Of a stretch of 29,685 nucleotides of DNA, positions 1 through 9,565 are shown in pieces. Below the pieces are notes generated by a model. That model did no database searches. It had not been told where the DNA came from and saw nothing but the letters and a program-made list of their open reading frames with translations. Position 1 is the stretch's first letter. Each line of letters opens with the position of its first letter. The stretch lies in UHGV virus genome UHGV-0134783; one strand, written 5' to 3'. Made by a program: the position numbers and the translations under genes. The DNA is from a virus.

Positions 1-386
1 GACTCTACCGTGCCAACCTCAGACTCGGCTGCACGCCTCGGCACATAGCCGGCAACATCCGCATCATCAATCGGCTCAATCATGCCAGGATCCGACACAT
101 CTACCGAGTGCGGCTCAATCATGCCCCCATCGTCGGGTGGAACAAGCCCAGCATCCACAACCGTGGTTTTAGATTTGCCGGCCACAAACGACGGGCTACC
201 AAACGAGGTAGCAACCGACAGTATTGCAGCAACCCCGGCCGTAATCAGGGCAGACTCCCACGGCAAACCGCGAAACGACTCCGCCGTATACGTGACACCC
301 GCCGTCACCCCAAGCACAGCAACAAACGTTTGAATAAAAGTTTTCAGGGCACGCTCAAACAAGCCCAACCAAAACTGTTTACCCAC
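1..386 (-). CDS. holin (truncated by window start; last 4 codons + TAA found at 29673-29685 on minus strand if the window is a circular permutation)
   Basis: Minus-strand ORF in the same frame immediately after the endolysin TGA. GTG start at 386 is preceded by a GGTGGTG Shine-Dalgarno-like sequence. Translation MGKQFWLGLFERALKTFIQTFVAVLGVTAGV...LPWESALITAGVAAILSVATSF has two hydrophobic helices followed by a charged acidic tail. Position directly downstream of the amidase completes a lysis cassette. Confidence 0.7.
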   Translation of the reverse strand, partial: MGKQFWLGLFERALKTFIQTFVAVLGVTAGVTYTAESFRGLPWESALITAGVAAILSVATSFGSPSFVAGKSKTTVVDAGLVPPDDGGMIEPHSVDVSDPGMIEPIDDADVAGYVPRRAAESEVGTVE

Positions 387-398
387 AACACACCACCA

Positions 399-1256
399 TC
401 ACTTTTTCAAACCGTTAACAGCAGACTCGAGCCTGTCAATACGGCTACGACACTCCAGCACGTAATACCAGACACTCCACAAAGCATCCTTGCTGCGCCA
501 CAGCTTCCCCGTCACCGGATTCTTCACCAACGACAGGGCATCAACACGTTTACCCAAATCACCATTCTGAACCTGAACCACACCAACATCGTGGTGCAGC
601 TTATTCACCGAACCAGTAAGCTGAGCAGACAATTGTTTAATCTGATCATGCAAGGCTTTCACATCAGCCACAGTTAACTCCTCACTACCACTACCGCCGT
701 TGACTACGGCCATAAACCTGTCCCACGGAAACCACGGCCCAGGATCATCGTGATCCGATTGATGCCACGCATCCGTCACATCCACGTGGCCGCAAACACC
801 CCGCCTGCCAGCCTTCAAATCGGCTGCACTAAGCTTCCTTTTCGGAACATTATATTTGTCACACAAACGTCTACACAGGATGGCGGCACGCTCAACCGCA
901 GGCCACACGCGAGGATCCAGCCACTGCTCACGAGTGTAAGCATGCCCTGGCACCCGGAACGAGGCGTGCGAACCCCCATCCGCGCAAATCTCTATACCCA
1001 AACTATGCGGATTCGGTGGGGCATGCCACCCAATCGTAGACTCACTCAAACATTGCACTGTCTCACTAATATCGCAAACATAATGCGCCGAACCACCAGA
1101 CGATGGGGAAGCAAAATAGTTTGCTGTAGACACCGCCCGCCCTTTACGCGAGGCGGACGGAAACCCCACATCCGGGCATGTCGCATGAATCACAACCCTA
1201 TTCACCGGACTATTCGAGCCGGCAGAATGATGCGCCGCAGGAATAAACCTCACCAC
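399..1256 (-). CDS. endolysin, N-acetylmuramoyl-L-alanine amidase (amidase_2/PGRP-like catalytic domain + C-terminal cell-wall-binding domain)
   Basis: 285 aa. Motifs VNRVVIHATCPDV, GGSAHYVCD, IGWHAPPNPHSLGIEICA and GVCGHVDVTDAW are typical of zinc amidases. Start is GTG (1256 or 1253) behind a GGGGGTGG SD. From memory, very similar to P. acnes phage endolysins. Confidence 0.9.
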   Translation of the reverse strand: MVRFIPAAHHSAGSNSPVNRVVIHATCPDVGFPSASRKGRAVSTANYFASPSSGGSAHYVCDISETVQCLSESTIGWHAPPNPHSLGIEICADGGSHASFRVPGHAYTREQWLDPRVWPAVERAAILCRRLCDKYNVPKRKLSAADLKAGRRGVCGHVDVTDAWHQSDHDDPGPWFPWDRFMAVVNGGSGSEELTVADVKALHDQIKQLSAQLTGSVNKLHHDVGVVQVQNGDLGKRVDALSLVKNPVTGKLWRSKDALWSVWYYVLECRSRIDRLESAVNGLKK

Positions 1257-1302
1257 ACACCACCCCCAAACACGACCAACATTAGTAACACACTTCTTTC
1301 TT

Positions 1303-2118
1303 CTATTTGTGGGATGATAAAGTCACTATAGGCGACGGTTTCACACTCTCACAAGCCGCAGAACCCGACACGGTAGAAGCCCCGCCGTCACTATATTTCA
1401 CAACCAGGCGACCATCCGAACAGTACACAGACACCACCGAGCGCCCATCACGGCCATCCTTACCGTCTTTACCATCGGATCCGTTCGCACCGGCGGGGCC
1501 GCGCTCACCGGCCGGACCCGGCACACCCTGTGCACCTTGCGGGCCGGCAGGACCTGAAGGGCCCACCTCGCCGCGCTCACCGGCCGAACCATCCCGACCA
1601 TCAGCGCCGTCAGCACCGTCAGCACCTGCACGGCCCGCAACACCATCATGGCCATCCGAACCGTTAGCGCCGGGCAGCCCGTCAGGACCTTTCACACCAT
1701 TCAAACCCGGGGAACCCTGTGGACCAACAGGGCCAACCAGCCCAGCCGAACCATTAACACCATCCCGGCCATCAACCCCGGCGGGCCCTTGCGGGCCGCG
1801 CTCACCGGCCGGACCCGGCACACCCTGCACACTCCGCTCAACACGCACAGCATCCACGCACAAGCCAGACTGGTGAAGCCGCGCAGACTCCACCCCACCC
1901 GAAGTACACGCCTGCTTCACACGGCTAGCTAAACCCCGAGCCGCCGTACCATTAGACTGGGCCCTCGCCTGCTCCGAATCCCTTTGCGAAGCCACAGACC
2001 CGTACCGTAAAGCACCCCCGGCAACCACCGCCAACAGCACAAGCGACAAAAACAGCAACACCAGGGAAGCTTTCTCAAAATTGCGGCGCTGCCGCTTCTC
2101 CTCCTCCAACTCCCTCAA
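1303..2118 (-). CDS. collagen-like (Gly-X-Y repeat) minor tail / fibre protein with N-terminal hydrophobic segment
   Basis: 271 aa. N-terminal segment ASLVLLFLSLVLLAVVAGGAL, then about 150 residues of uninterrupted G-X-Y triplets (GVPGPAGERGPQGPAGVDGRDG...), then a C-terminal globular part. TTG start at 2118 with a GGAGGTGAG SD. The shadow ORFs in other frames here are repeat artefacts. Confidence 0.8.
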   Translation of the reverse strand: MRELEEEKRQRRNFEKASLVLLFLSLVLLAVVAGGALRYGSVASQRDSEQARAQSNGTAARGLASRVKQACTSGGVESARLHQSGLCVDAVRVERSVQGVPGPAGERGPQGPAGVDGRDGVNGSAGLVGPVGPQGSPGLNGVKGPDGLPGANGSDGHDGVAGRAGADGADGADGRDGSAGERGEVGPSGPAGPQGAQGVPGPAGERGPAGANGSDGKDGKDGRDGRSVVSVYCSDGRLVVKYSDGGASTVSGSAACESVKPSPIVTLSSHK

Positions 2119-2120
2119 CC

Positions 2121-2387
2121 CTACTCACCTCCACCATCAACAGTATCTTTCAAAAACTCGGGCACATCAGGGAGATGCATAGGCTCCACATCATCAGGAA
2201 GCCCGGCGTTAAACCGGCGAACCTCACGCCGCACACTCCACGTATACTCTTCCATCGCATCCACCTGAGCCGACAGCCGCCGCAAACGCCGCCTAGAACG
2301 GGATGTGACCGCCTGAACAGAACCCAAAATCGTGGCCAACGCGGTACAAATAGAGGCCACCAGTGCAGGAGTAAACCACGACACCAC
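2121..2387 (-). CDS. small membrane protein of tail/lysis region (hypothetical)
   Basis: 88 aa. GTG start behind GTTGGGGGG. One transmembrane helix (FTPALVASICTALATILGSV) followed by a basic stretch SRSRRRLRRL. Sits between the tail protein genes and the collagen-like gene. Confidence 0.55.
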   Translation of the reverse strand: MVSWFTPALVASICTALATILGSVQAVTSRSRRRLRRLSAQVDAMEEYTWSVRREVRRFNAGLPDDVEPMHLPDVPEFLKDTVDGGGE

Positions 2388-2428
2388 AGCCCCCCAACAT
2401 CACACCATCCGCCACAACAACAGCCCGG

Positions 2429-3259
2429 TCACACGCCCACAGCTATCCAGTTAGCTATTGCGGGCACATTATTCGGCTTAGACCCGTCATTCGTAATAAA
2501 CGCTAAACTAAAATCCTTATTAGTAATATTGTAGGCTTTCACATCAATCTGTGCCGTGCCCCCAGCCGCCGTAGCCATAGACGCCACCACAACAGGCGCA
2601 CTACTAAACGGCCGCTCAAACGGGATCGTGTAAGCATACACAGCAGACCCGCCAAACTGGATCTGCTTAGTGCCCGTCTCAATCCTGGGAGACAGGAGCA
2701 TCCACTCGTTAGCATGGTTAGCCCACACAGCCCCCGAAGGCACCATCACACGGTCACCCTCCACAGGGGTAGGATCACAAGCCGCAGACTCGCCAAACGC
2801 AACCCTAGCCGCCACAGCACGCCTATCCAACTGCTGCTGCAACCCGTTAGACGACAACACCAAAGTAGCCAACAACTGCTGATGGAACACGCCAGGCTCG
2901 GCACGCAACACATCCCGGGCACGCTCCGCACGGCCACCGGGAACAATCTCCAACCTGGCTGTGTTCTGCTCCCAATCCCGCGACAACACCACATAGTCGT
3001 AGCGGGTCTCACCCGGGCCCGGCAGCTGCCCCGTCACCGTCTCAACACTATTCGACGTGCACATCACCCCGTGAGCCCAAGCCTGCCCCGGCAGGACCTC
3101 ACACAACACTGTGGCACCCTGAATCGTCGTGCCGACATGAAAATCGTCCGGCCCTTTCACAGACGGCATATTACCCATCAGACCAGACATTTGAGCCCAA
3201 TCATACTCGGTCAACACACCATCAAACCCTTTACACACAATACCCACAACAAACCCCAA
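2429..3259 (-). CDS. minor tail protein (candidate receptor-binding / tail tip component)
   Basis: 276 aa, between the tail-tip genes and the collagen-like protein. Rare start (TTG at 3259, or a downstream GTG). Beta-rich composition; no enzymatic motifs seen. Confidence 0.65.
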   Translation of the reverse strand: MGFVVGIVCKGFDGVLTEYDWAQMSGLMGNMPSVKGPDDFHVGTTIQGATVLCEVLPGQAWAHGVMCTSNSVETVTGQLPGPGETRYDYVVLSRDWEQNTARLEIVPGGRAERARDVLRAEPGVFHQQLLATLVLSSNGLQQQLDRRAVAARVAFGESAACDPTPVEGDRVMVPSGAVWANHANEWMLLSPRIETGTKQIQFGGSAVYAYTIPFERPFSSAPVVVASMATAAGGTAQIDVKAYNITNKDFSLAFITNDGSKPNNVPAIANWIAVGV

Positions 3260-3266
3260 TCACTTA

Positions 3267-4424
3267 CTAAAACTTTTGCAAATCCCGCACACCCGCAGCC
3301 AAACCAGCCACACGGTGAGCCAACAGGGCCGACGGATTATCCTCATAATCCCCCGCAACAGGAGTCACCTTCGTCCAACCATCACCAGGCGAATCACACT
3401 CCACATCAATCTGCCGAACAATCTCCGCAATAGGGCCAGAACCCACATCCACATAGATCAAATCACCCGGCATCAGATTGCCTGGCCCAAACCGCAACAC
3501 ATCCGACTCAGCCAACTCAATCTTAAACCCCGACGTAGCCCCTAACTCTGACAGCACCTGCTCAGCCTCATCAATGAGATGCACATGCTCAGAATCCGTG
3601 TTACGGGCATCCTTAAACACCTCGACACGATCAAACCAGTCATCCTCGGCCATCGAATCAACATCCTCACAAAACAGCCTGTCCCGGCCCTCGCCGCGGC
3701 CACCAACCACCACCGAAGTAGCCTTCGGGGCGTCACGCACATACTCCCACGACACAATCGAACCAGACTCGGCAGTCAACACATGCTCACGAGTCACAGC
3801 AGGCACACAATCAAACACTAAACCCCGCTGATCAAACTTCGCATTCTCAAACTGGTTCACCGTGACAGTCATCCGAGCCCACGACAACACCGGCAACAAC
3901 TTATCGGCAAACACGTGAAACCGCACCTGAAAATCCTTAATATAGCGGCCACGACTCTCATCATCGTTCATAAACAAACCAGGCGGAAAACGCCAAGCAT
4001 TATCCCCCAACACCTGCTTAGCCACCGACTCAGCCGCACCCGAATAGTGGGCATAATCCCTGTCGGCACGCCACTCCATACCAACCAAACCAGGACGATA
4101 ATTCACAGGCCACATCAACATACGCCACAACAGACGAATATCATCCTCACACGTGATAGTCACCCGCGAAGAACGCCACGGACCCACACCATGAACCTTA
4201 CGCACAGGCCCAGAAAAAATCTGGCCACCACCATAATCAACAACCAGCCGTGCACCCGGCCTAGTCAACCCGTCAAGCCTGGAATGATCCCCAGACACCA
4301 CCAACTCCAGCGTCGACAAACCATTCCACTTCAACGACAACTTCAACGACTCAAAAAAATTGATAGGCGCCACACGACGATAATCCGGCGTAAACAATGT
4401 TACATGCGGAACAAGACCAGCCAT
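3267..4424 (-). CDS. minor tail protein (Tal-like position; tail tip/hub protein)
   Basis: 385 aa. ATG at 4424. Immediately follows the Dit-like gene, as in siphovirus TMP-Dit-Tal order. Confidence 0.7.
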   Translation of the reverse strand: MAGLVPHVTLFTPDYRRVAPINFFESLKLSLKWNGLSTLELVVSGDHSRLDGLTRPGARLVVDYGGGQIFSGPVRKVHGVGPWRSSRVTITCEDDIRLLWRMLMWPVNYRPGLVGMEWRADRDYAHYSGAAESVAKQVLGDNAWRFPPGLFMNDDESRGRYIKDFQVRFHVFADKLLPVLSWARMTVTVNQFENAKFDQRGLVFDCVPAVTREHVLTAESGSIVSWEYVRDAPKATSVVVGGRGEGRDRLFCEDVDSMAEDDWFDRVEVFKDARNTDSEHVHLIDEAEQVLSELGATSGFKIELAESDVLRFGPGNLMPGDLIYVDVGSGPIAEIVRQIDVECDSPGDGWTKVTPVAGDYEDNPSALLAHRVAGLAAGVRDLQKF

Positions 4425-4430
4425 AACCGT

Positions 4431-5372
4431 TCACCAAGCCCTCAAAAACCTGTACTGCACCGACACAACAATGGCACCCAAACCAACCATCTCAATATTC
4501 ACACTCTTAGAACCGCCCGGAGGAATAGGCGCAAACTCCCACTCCGTCAAACGATCCATCACATCCTCAAACCCATTCAACAACGCAGACTGTTTACGAG
4601 GATCCGTATCAATAGTGATCCACTCACCCTCCTCGAGAGGATAATCCGAAGACACACGCAAACCATCAATCTGCACAGACCACGACTCCAACGGGCCCTC
4701 AACGCGAATCACAGGCCACGCAGGCACATCACCCTTATTGGACAGGTTATCCCAGCCCGAACCCACACCAGGCGTTAACACCACAGGAAAAGCGGTACCC
4801 TTCTTATTAACAGGGCCGCCACCCAACCAATCCTGCAACTTCGCGTTACTGAAACGAAACTTCTGCTCATCCCCATACCAAAACGGGTCATAGGCTGTCA
4901 AATGCAACAGATAACGCGCATAGCCCCTGTTCACCGGATCCACCGTAAACGTGTCATCAGCCGAATCAAACCGGCACTTCAGCACACGCTCTTTGCCGGC
5001 AGGAGTCTTCACCGACAGTTCACCCTCCTCGCCGGGAGGAAAAGCAGACCACAACGCGTAATAGGCTTTCATGAAACCGTCACGAAACCCGCCCACAGGA
5101 TCCACACCAACACCCGACACCAGGACAGGTAGCGTCACCTCGCGAGGCTTCACATTAAACCCGCGCCACTCCGAGCCATGCACCCCAACATGAGTTTGAG
5201 AAAAATGCTCCACCTCAGGAACACCCAAACCGCGCAACGAATCATTCAACAACATCACCGGAGACGACCCCGTATAATCCGTCAAATGAAGCACACGCTC
5301 ATCGCCAAACAGCGGATCCATAGACCAGGTAACAGTCAAACCAGAACGATCAGACGGGTCAGGAAGAAACAT
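4431..5372 (-). CDS. minor tail protein (distal tail protein, Dit-like position)
   Basis: Gene directly downstream of the tape measure. ATG at 5372 preceded by an AGGGGG SD. The GTG at 5381 is too close to the SD and is rejected. Confidence 0.7.
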   Translation of the reverse strand: MFLPDPSDRSGLTVTWSMDPLFGDERVLHLTDYTGSSPVMLLNDSLRGLGVPEVEHFSQTHVGVHGSEWRGFNVKPREVTLPVLVSGVGVDPVGGFRDGFMKAYYALWSAFPPGEEGELSVKTPAGKERVLKCRFDSADDTFTVDPVNRGYARYLLHLTAYDPFWYGDEQKFRFSNAKLQDWLGGGPVNKKGTAFPVVLTPGVGSGWDNLSNKGDVPAWPVIRVEGPLESWSVQIDGLRVSSDYPLEEGEWITIDTDPRKQSALLNGFEDVMDRLTEWEFAPIPPGGSKSVNIEMVGLGAIVVSVQYRFLRAW

Positions 5373-5387
5373 GAACCACACCCCCTA

Positions 5388-8153
5388 TCACACGTAAGCC
5401 AAAGCGTTCAAAGCGTCACGCTGCTGACGCTCAATCCGCTTCGCAAACTCGTTAGGATCACCATACGTGGGCCCGTTAACATTCACCACAACACTCTTCT
5501 CACTCGCACGCCGATACCGGTCGTACGGGGTAAACGAGCCCACAGACGATCGCACACCAAACCGGGCATCCACCACATCAGGCAGCCGACCAGCCACACC
5601 AGACATCGCATCCAACGCCAAACCAGCATTACCGGTGATCCCCTCAGCCAAACCGGCAACAACCTGACGGCCAACCTCGTCACGAAACACCCTCGACGGG
5701 GAATGAATACCCAACACCGACTTCGCAGCATTAGCAACCTGAGAACCCATATTACGCACCGTATCCAGCAGGCCACTCAAAGCATTCTTAATACCGTTAC
5801 CCAAACCAGACACCACATCACGGCCAGCAGACACCAACAGGGACCCCATATTACCGAGAGCATGCCGAATATTGCCAGGCAAATTCCGGAAAAAACCCAG
5901 CACACCATGCACACCACTAGACACAGCGGACCCCATAGCATGCATAGCAGAAGATGCCGCACTCCGGGCACCATTAAACCCGCGCACAGCACCACTACGA
6001 ACCCTAGACGCCATCGACCCGAAAAACCCGCCAACAGCAGACGCCACCGAAGACACAACACTCCGAATCCCGTTCATCGCAGCCGAAACAGCGCCACGAG
6101 CCGCGTTAAAACCAGACCTCACATGGGAGGCAACCGACAAACCAAGCCGCGTAAAAAACCCCACAACCGCGGCAACACCGCCAGAAATGATCGACTTAAA
6201 ACCGTTCATAAACGCAGACGTAAACGATTTGATATGATTCCAGCCATTCTGGATGGCCGTACCCATAGACCTCACGCCAGACACTGAATGATTCACAATC
6301 CACGTAATAGTACGAAGAATAGCGCCAATAACCTTAGCCTCAAAAACGATAACCGCAGCATAAATCTTGGCAATGAATCCAATCACCGAAACATAAATCG
6401 GCATAATAACCGGAATAATGCGGGCCACCACCTGTAGCACGGCGCCAACAACCTGCACCACCACACGCATAATCGACATGATCACCGGTATCAGCGACCG
6501 TATCAAACCAACAATCGGCGGCAAAACAGACATGACAGCACCCAAAATCTGCTGCACAACCGGCATCAAAACAGGTATCAACTGCATGACCACACCAATA
6601 ACCTGCCGTATCACAGCAACAACAGCCTGAATAACCGACATCAGCATAGGCAACAACATGGCAGCAACCTGGGTTACCATACCAATAATCTGGGTGATAA
6701 CAGGCACCAGCCGGGCAATAAGCATACCAATAACAGGCACCAGCCGGGCAGTCAAACCAGCAACCATACCGATAATCTGGCCGAACACTGGCGCCAACCT
6801 GGCAACCACGCCAGCAACAATACCGAACAGTGGCTGCAAGGCGACCATAATCTGCCCCAAAGCCCGGCCAACAACCCCCACAAGCTGCATCACAGCGGCA
6901 CGGAACTGGGCGTTCGTAGCAAACATGGCAGCAAACAAGCCGATCACAATACCGACAGGGCCACCCAGGGCGCGAAACACGCCGCCAAGCCCCCCAGCGG
7001 CACCCCTCAAAGCACCAAACGACGGCAACAGATTCTTCAACGACACAGCCAACGGGGCAAACCCCGCAACAAGCTTCCCAACACCCGCAGCAACAATACC
7101 GAACACTGCGGTGCCGCCAGCAAACATGGCACCCAAATTCACCTTAGGAACAGGCAAATGCAGCCTCGCAAAAATGCCCTTCAACTGCTCCGCCTTGGCG
7201 CGCATCTGTGCATTCATTCGAGTGATCATAGCCGGCATACGGTTAATCCACGCCAAAATAGACGGCATCATCCGCTGAATCCCCTGATCCACCGACGCAA
7301 ACAAAGGCTTCACAGACTCCGTGATAGACTTAATAACCGGATTCAACGCAACAAAAATCTGCCGCAGGCCGTTCAAAAACGGGGCCATAGCCGTAGCACC
7401 CAGATAGCCTAAAGCGCCCTTAACATTCTTCATAGCGCCCTCAAACGTCTTACCAGACGCCTGCGCAGCACCACCCATACCAAGCTTCATCGCAGCCGCA
7501 AACGTGTTAAAATCAATCTGCCCCTTCGACACCATCTGCGACACCTCAGCAGACGTTTTACCAGTCTGCCTAGCCAACAGAGACAGCACAGGAACACCCG
7601 CCATCGTAAGCTGCAACATGTCATCGCCCTGCAACTTACCGCGCGCCATAACCGACGTAAAAATAGCGCCCGTATCCTGAAACGACTTACCCGAAATATA
7701 AGACACATCGGCGACAGTCTTCAACACATCCGTCATCTGCCCGCCAGACTTCACACCCGAAGCAGACAACGCCGCAGCCGTAGACGCCGCATCACCCAAC
7801 GCATACGACGTACCAGTCACAGCCTCAATAGCCGAATTCATAATCGAAGACGTGTCAGACGACGTATGACCCAAACCAGTCAGTTTAGCCTGAGCCTCAT
7901 CAATAGCCATCGCCCTAGCTATACCGCCACCAATAGTCACATCATAGATAGACTTGAGGCCCTTCTTAGCAACATTGATGGCACCCATCATCGCCGCACC
8001 ACCAAGCGCCAACTTCATGCCGCCAGCAAACAAGCTACCCGAACGCTGACCCTCAGCAGGCATCACACCCGACAACTGTTTACCAACATCACTTTTAAGG
8101 CCAGGCATCTTCGTATACAACGACACATATGCGGAAGCAATCTCACCAGACAT
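5388..8153 (-). CDS. tape measure protein
   Basis: 921 aa. Gly/Ala-rich N-terminal part, a long central run of hydrophobic repeats (LIARLVPVIGMLIARLVPVITQIIGMV...), and a Gly/Ser/Ala-rich C-terminal part. Located after the G/GT chaperone pair. ATG at 8153 with a GGGGTGAA SD. Confidence 0.9.
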   Translation of the reverse strand: MSGEIASAYVSLYTKMPGLKSDVGKQLSGVMPAEGQRSGSLFAGGMKLALGGAAMMGAINVAKKGLKSIYDVTIGGGIARAMAIDEAQAKLTGLGHTSSDTSSIMNSAIEAVTGTSYALGDAASTAAALSASGVKSGGQMTDVLKTVADVSYISGKSFQDTGAIFTSVMARGKLQGDDMLQLTMAGVPVLSLLARQTGKTSAEVSQMVSKGQIDFNTFAAAMKLGMGGAAQASGKTFEGAMKNVKGALGYLGATAMAPFLNGLRQIFVALNPVIKSITESVKPLFASVDQGIQRMMPSILAWINRMPAMITRMNAQMRAKAEQLKGIFARLHLPVPKVNLGAMFAGGTAVFGIVAAGVGKLVAGFAPLAVSLKNLLPSFGALRGAAGGLGGVFRALGGPVGIVIGLFAAMFATNAQFRAAVMQLVGVVGRALGQIMVALQPLFGIVAGVVARLAPVFGQIIGMVAGLTARLVPVIGMLIARLVPVITQIIGMVTQVAAMLLPMLMSVIQAVVAVIRQVIGVVMQLIPVLMPVVQQILGAVMSVLPPIVGLIRSLIPVIMSIMRVVVQVVGAVLQVVARIIPVIMPIYVSVIGFIAKIYAAVIVFEAKVIGAILRTITWIVNHSVSGVRSMGTAIQNGWNHIKSFTSAFMNGFKSIISGGVAAVVGFFTRLGLSVASHVRSGFNAARGAVSAAMNGIRSVVSSVASAVGGFFGSMASRVRSGAVRGFNGARSAASSAMHAMGSAVSSGVHGVLGFFRNLPGNIRHALGNMGSLLVSAGRDVVSGLGNGIKNALSGLLDTVRNMGSQVANAAKSVLGIHSPSRVFRDEVGRQVVAGLAEGITGNAGLALDAMSGVAGRLPDVVDARFGVRSSVGSFTPYDRYRRASEKSVVVNVNGPTYGDPNEFAKRIERQQRDALNALAYV

Positions 8154-8160
8154 ACACTAT

Positions 8161-8568
8161 TCACCCCATAATATCAATCTCGCGAGACACCCCGCCACCG
8201 GCACGAACACGCGCCAAAATATCGTCCACCTGCCCAGAGGTAAACCGAGGCCTACGCTCATCCGTAGGCCTCGCCACAGGCTCCGGCTGCCCCTCACTAT
8301 TAGCAGACCTGTAATGATCCAACATGTCCAACACAGCCCACTCACACCACTCAAACGGGCGCTGCCAACCATTCAGGTGGGCCGCCAACTGGCTAGACGT
8401 ATCGGTACACAACACGCCAGCCAGCCGGACAGCCTCACCCCAACACATCTGCGGGCCACCAACACTATAAACAGAAACACCAAACTTGGTGCGGAAATCG
8501 TATTCGATGGCCCCACGATAATCATCAATCAGGCCGTGGAGCCAAACTATTCCCCCAGCGAGGCACCC
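8161..8568 (-). CDS. tail assembly chaperone, -1 frameshifted extension (T part of G/GT)
   Basis: The frame is open from 8568, overlapping the last ~7 codons of the upstream chaperone ORF. A -1 shift from that ORF's frame lands in this frame. A G-run (CTGGGGGAATAG) lies at the overlap. The arrangement is the typical one, between the major tail protein and the TMP. Confidence 0.6.
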   Translation of the reverse strand, partial: GCLAGGIVWLHGLIDDYRGAIEYDFRTKFGVSVYSVGGPQMCWGEAVRLAGVLCTDTSSQLAAHLNGWQRPFEWCEWAVLDMLDHYRSANSEGQPEPVARPTDERRPRFTSGQVDDILARVRAGGGVSREIDIMG

Positions 8569-8843
8569 TTACCGTCAGGCTTGTATTCCATCCACTCACG
8601 GAAAACCTCCGCCACACGAACCATAGGAAGCCCCTCCAGGGCCTCCACCGCGTCAGCCGGGGCGGCAGCCTCCAACATAGAAAACATCACCTCAACCTGG
8701 GCGAAATCCGCAGACTCCCCCGACTGGGCGATCCTGGCGGCACGACGGAAAACGCGGGCAGGAACAGCCTGCGCCGTCTCCTCCGCATCCGCCAACACCC
8801 AGCTACGGTCACCAATCTTCAACGTGTAACCAGTGTCACTCAT
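8547..8843 (-). CDS. tail assembly chaperone (G protein)
   Basis: 98 aa acidic protein. ATG at 8843 with a GAGGGA SD. Immediately after the major tail protein and before the TMP. Confidence 0.75.
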   Translation of the reverse strand: MSDTGYTLKIGDRSWVLADAEETAQAVPARVFRRAARIAQSGESADFAQVEVMFSMLEAAAPADAVEALEGLPMVRVAEVFREWMEYKPDGKGASLGE

Positions 8844-8871
8844 CTATCAACAATCCCTCAAACTATGTGTA

Positions 8872-9513
8872 TCAGTTATTAGACGGCGGATTAGGATCCG
8901 GCTCAGGCTTTGGAGGCTTCGGGGCCGGAGGAGGCGTCGGAGGAGTATCAGCTTTTAAAGCCGTCATCCACCCCCGACCAGACACCGCATCACCCTTATG
9001 GTTAATCTGGGCAGGATACGCCTTCAACGTCACACCATACCCATACACCTCGCCATTCTTACCCTTAATCTCGTCACGATCGACAAGCTCAACCTCAGGG
9101 AAATAGTAGCGAATAACCTGATCGCCATCCACAATATCCATCAACAGGGCGTGAACACCCGTCGTGGCACCCGGAGAAATATCGAACGAACCCGAATCGG
9201 ATCCGGCAGCAACCTTCGACTGCCAAAACAGCTCAATAACCTCCTTCTTAGACTCGATCAGCTGGAAAGAAATCTCGATAGAAGACTCGGTAGCAACCGT
9301 GCGAACAACATCCGCATTCTGCCAAGCCTTCAAATCATCCGTTTTACGCTCAGGCTTAATCTTAAACCCGTCATCAGACAGATACCCTAAAGCTGTAAGC
9401 CCGGAAGGAACCGTCTTCACACCATCAATAGTATCACCCGCGTGCGCGTCACCAATATAAACGTCGCCAGTAACCGCTGAACGAACATTAGACGCTTTAC
9501 GTGTTGCAGCCAT
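8872..9513 (-). CDS. major tail protein
   Basis: ATG at 9513 with a GGGGG SD preferred over the ATG at 9525, which has no SD. Pro-rich C-terminal tail (TPPTPPPAPKPPKPEPDPNPP). Preceded by an AT-rich leader. Position is conserved before the chaperones. Confidence 0.8.
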   Translation of the reverse strand: MAATRKASNVRSAVTGDVYIGDAHAGDTIDGVKTVPSGLTALGYLSDDGFKIKPERKTDDLKAWQNADVVRTVATESSIEISFQLIESKKEVIELFWQSKVAAGSDSGSFDISPGATTGVHALLMDIVDGDQVIRYYFPEVELVDRDEIKGKNGEVYGYGVTLKAYPAQINHKGDAVSGRGWMTALKADTPPTPPPAPKPPKPEPDPNPPSNN

Positions 9514-9565
9514 CACAACCCCCATTAAATATCAAACAATTACATTAAAACAAAAACAAATACGT

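Noticed and set aside
82-677. Plus-strand ORFs 82..333 and 108..677
   Set aside because: Antisense to the holin and amidase genes. Arg/Pro/Thr-rich low-complexity translation. No RBS.
1307-1932. Several ORFs in alternative frames on both strands (e.g. 1307..1876 +, 1398..1655 -, 1701..1898 -)
   Set aside because: Artefacts of the triplet-periodic Gly-X-Y DNA repeat. Only the minus-strand collagen-like frame has a start context and flanking non-repeat domains.
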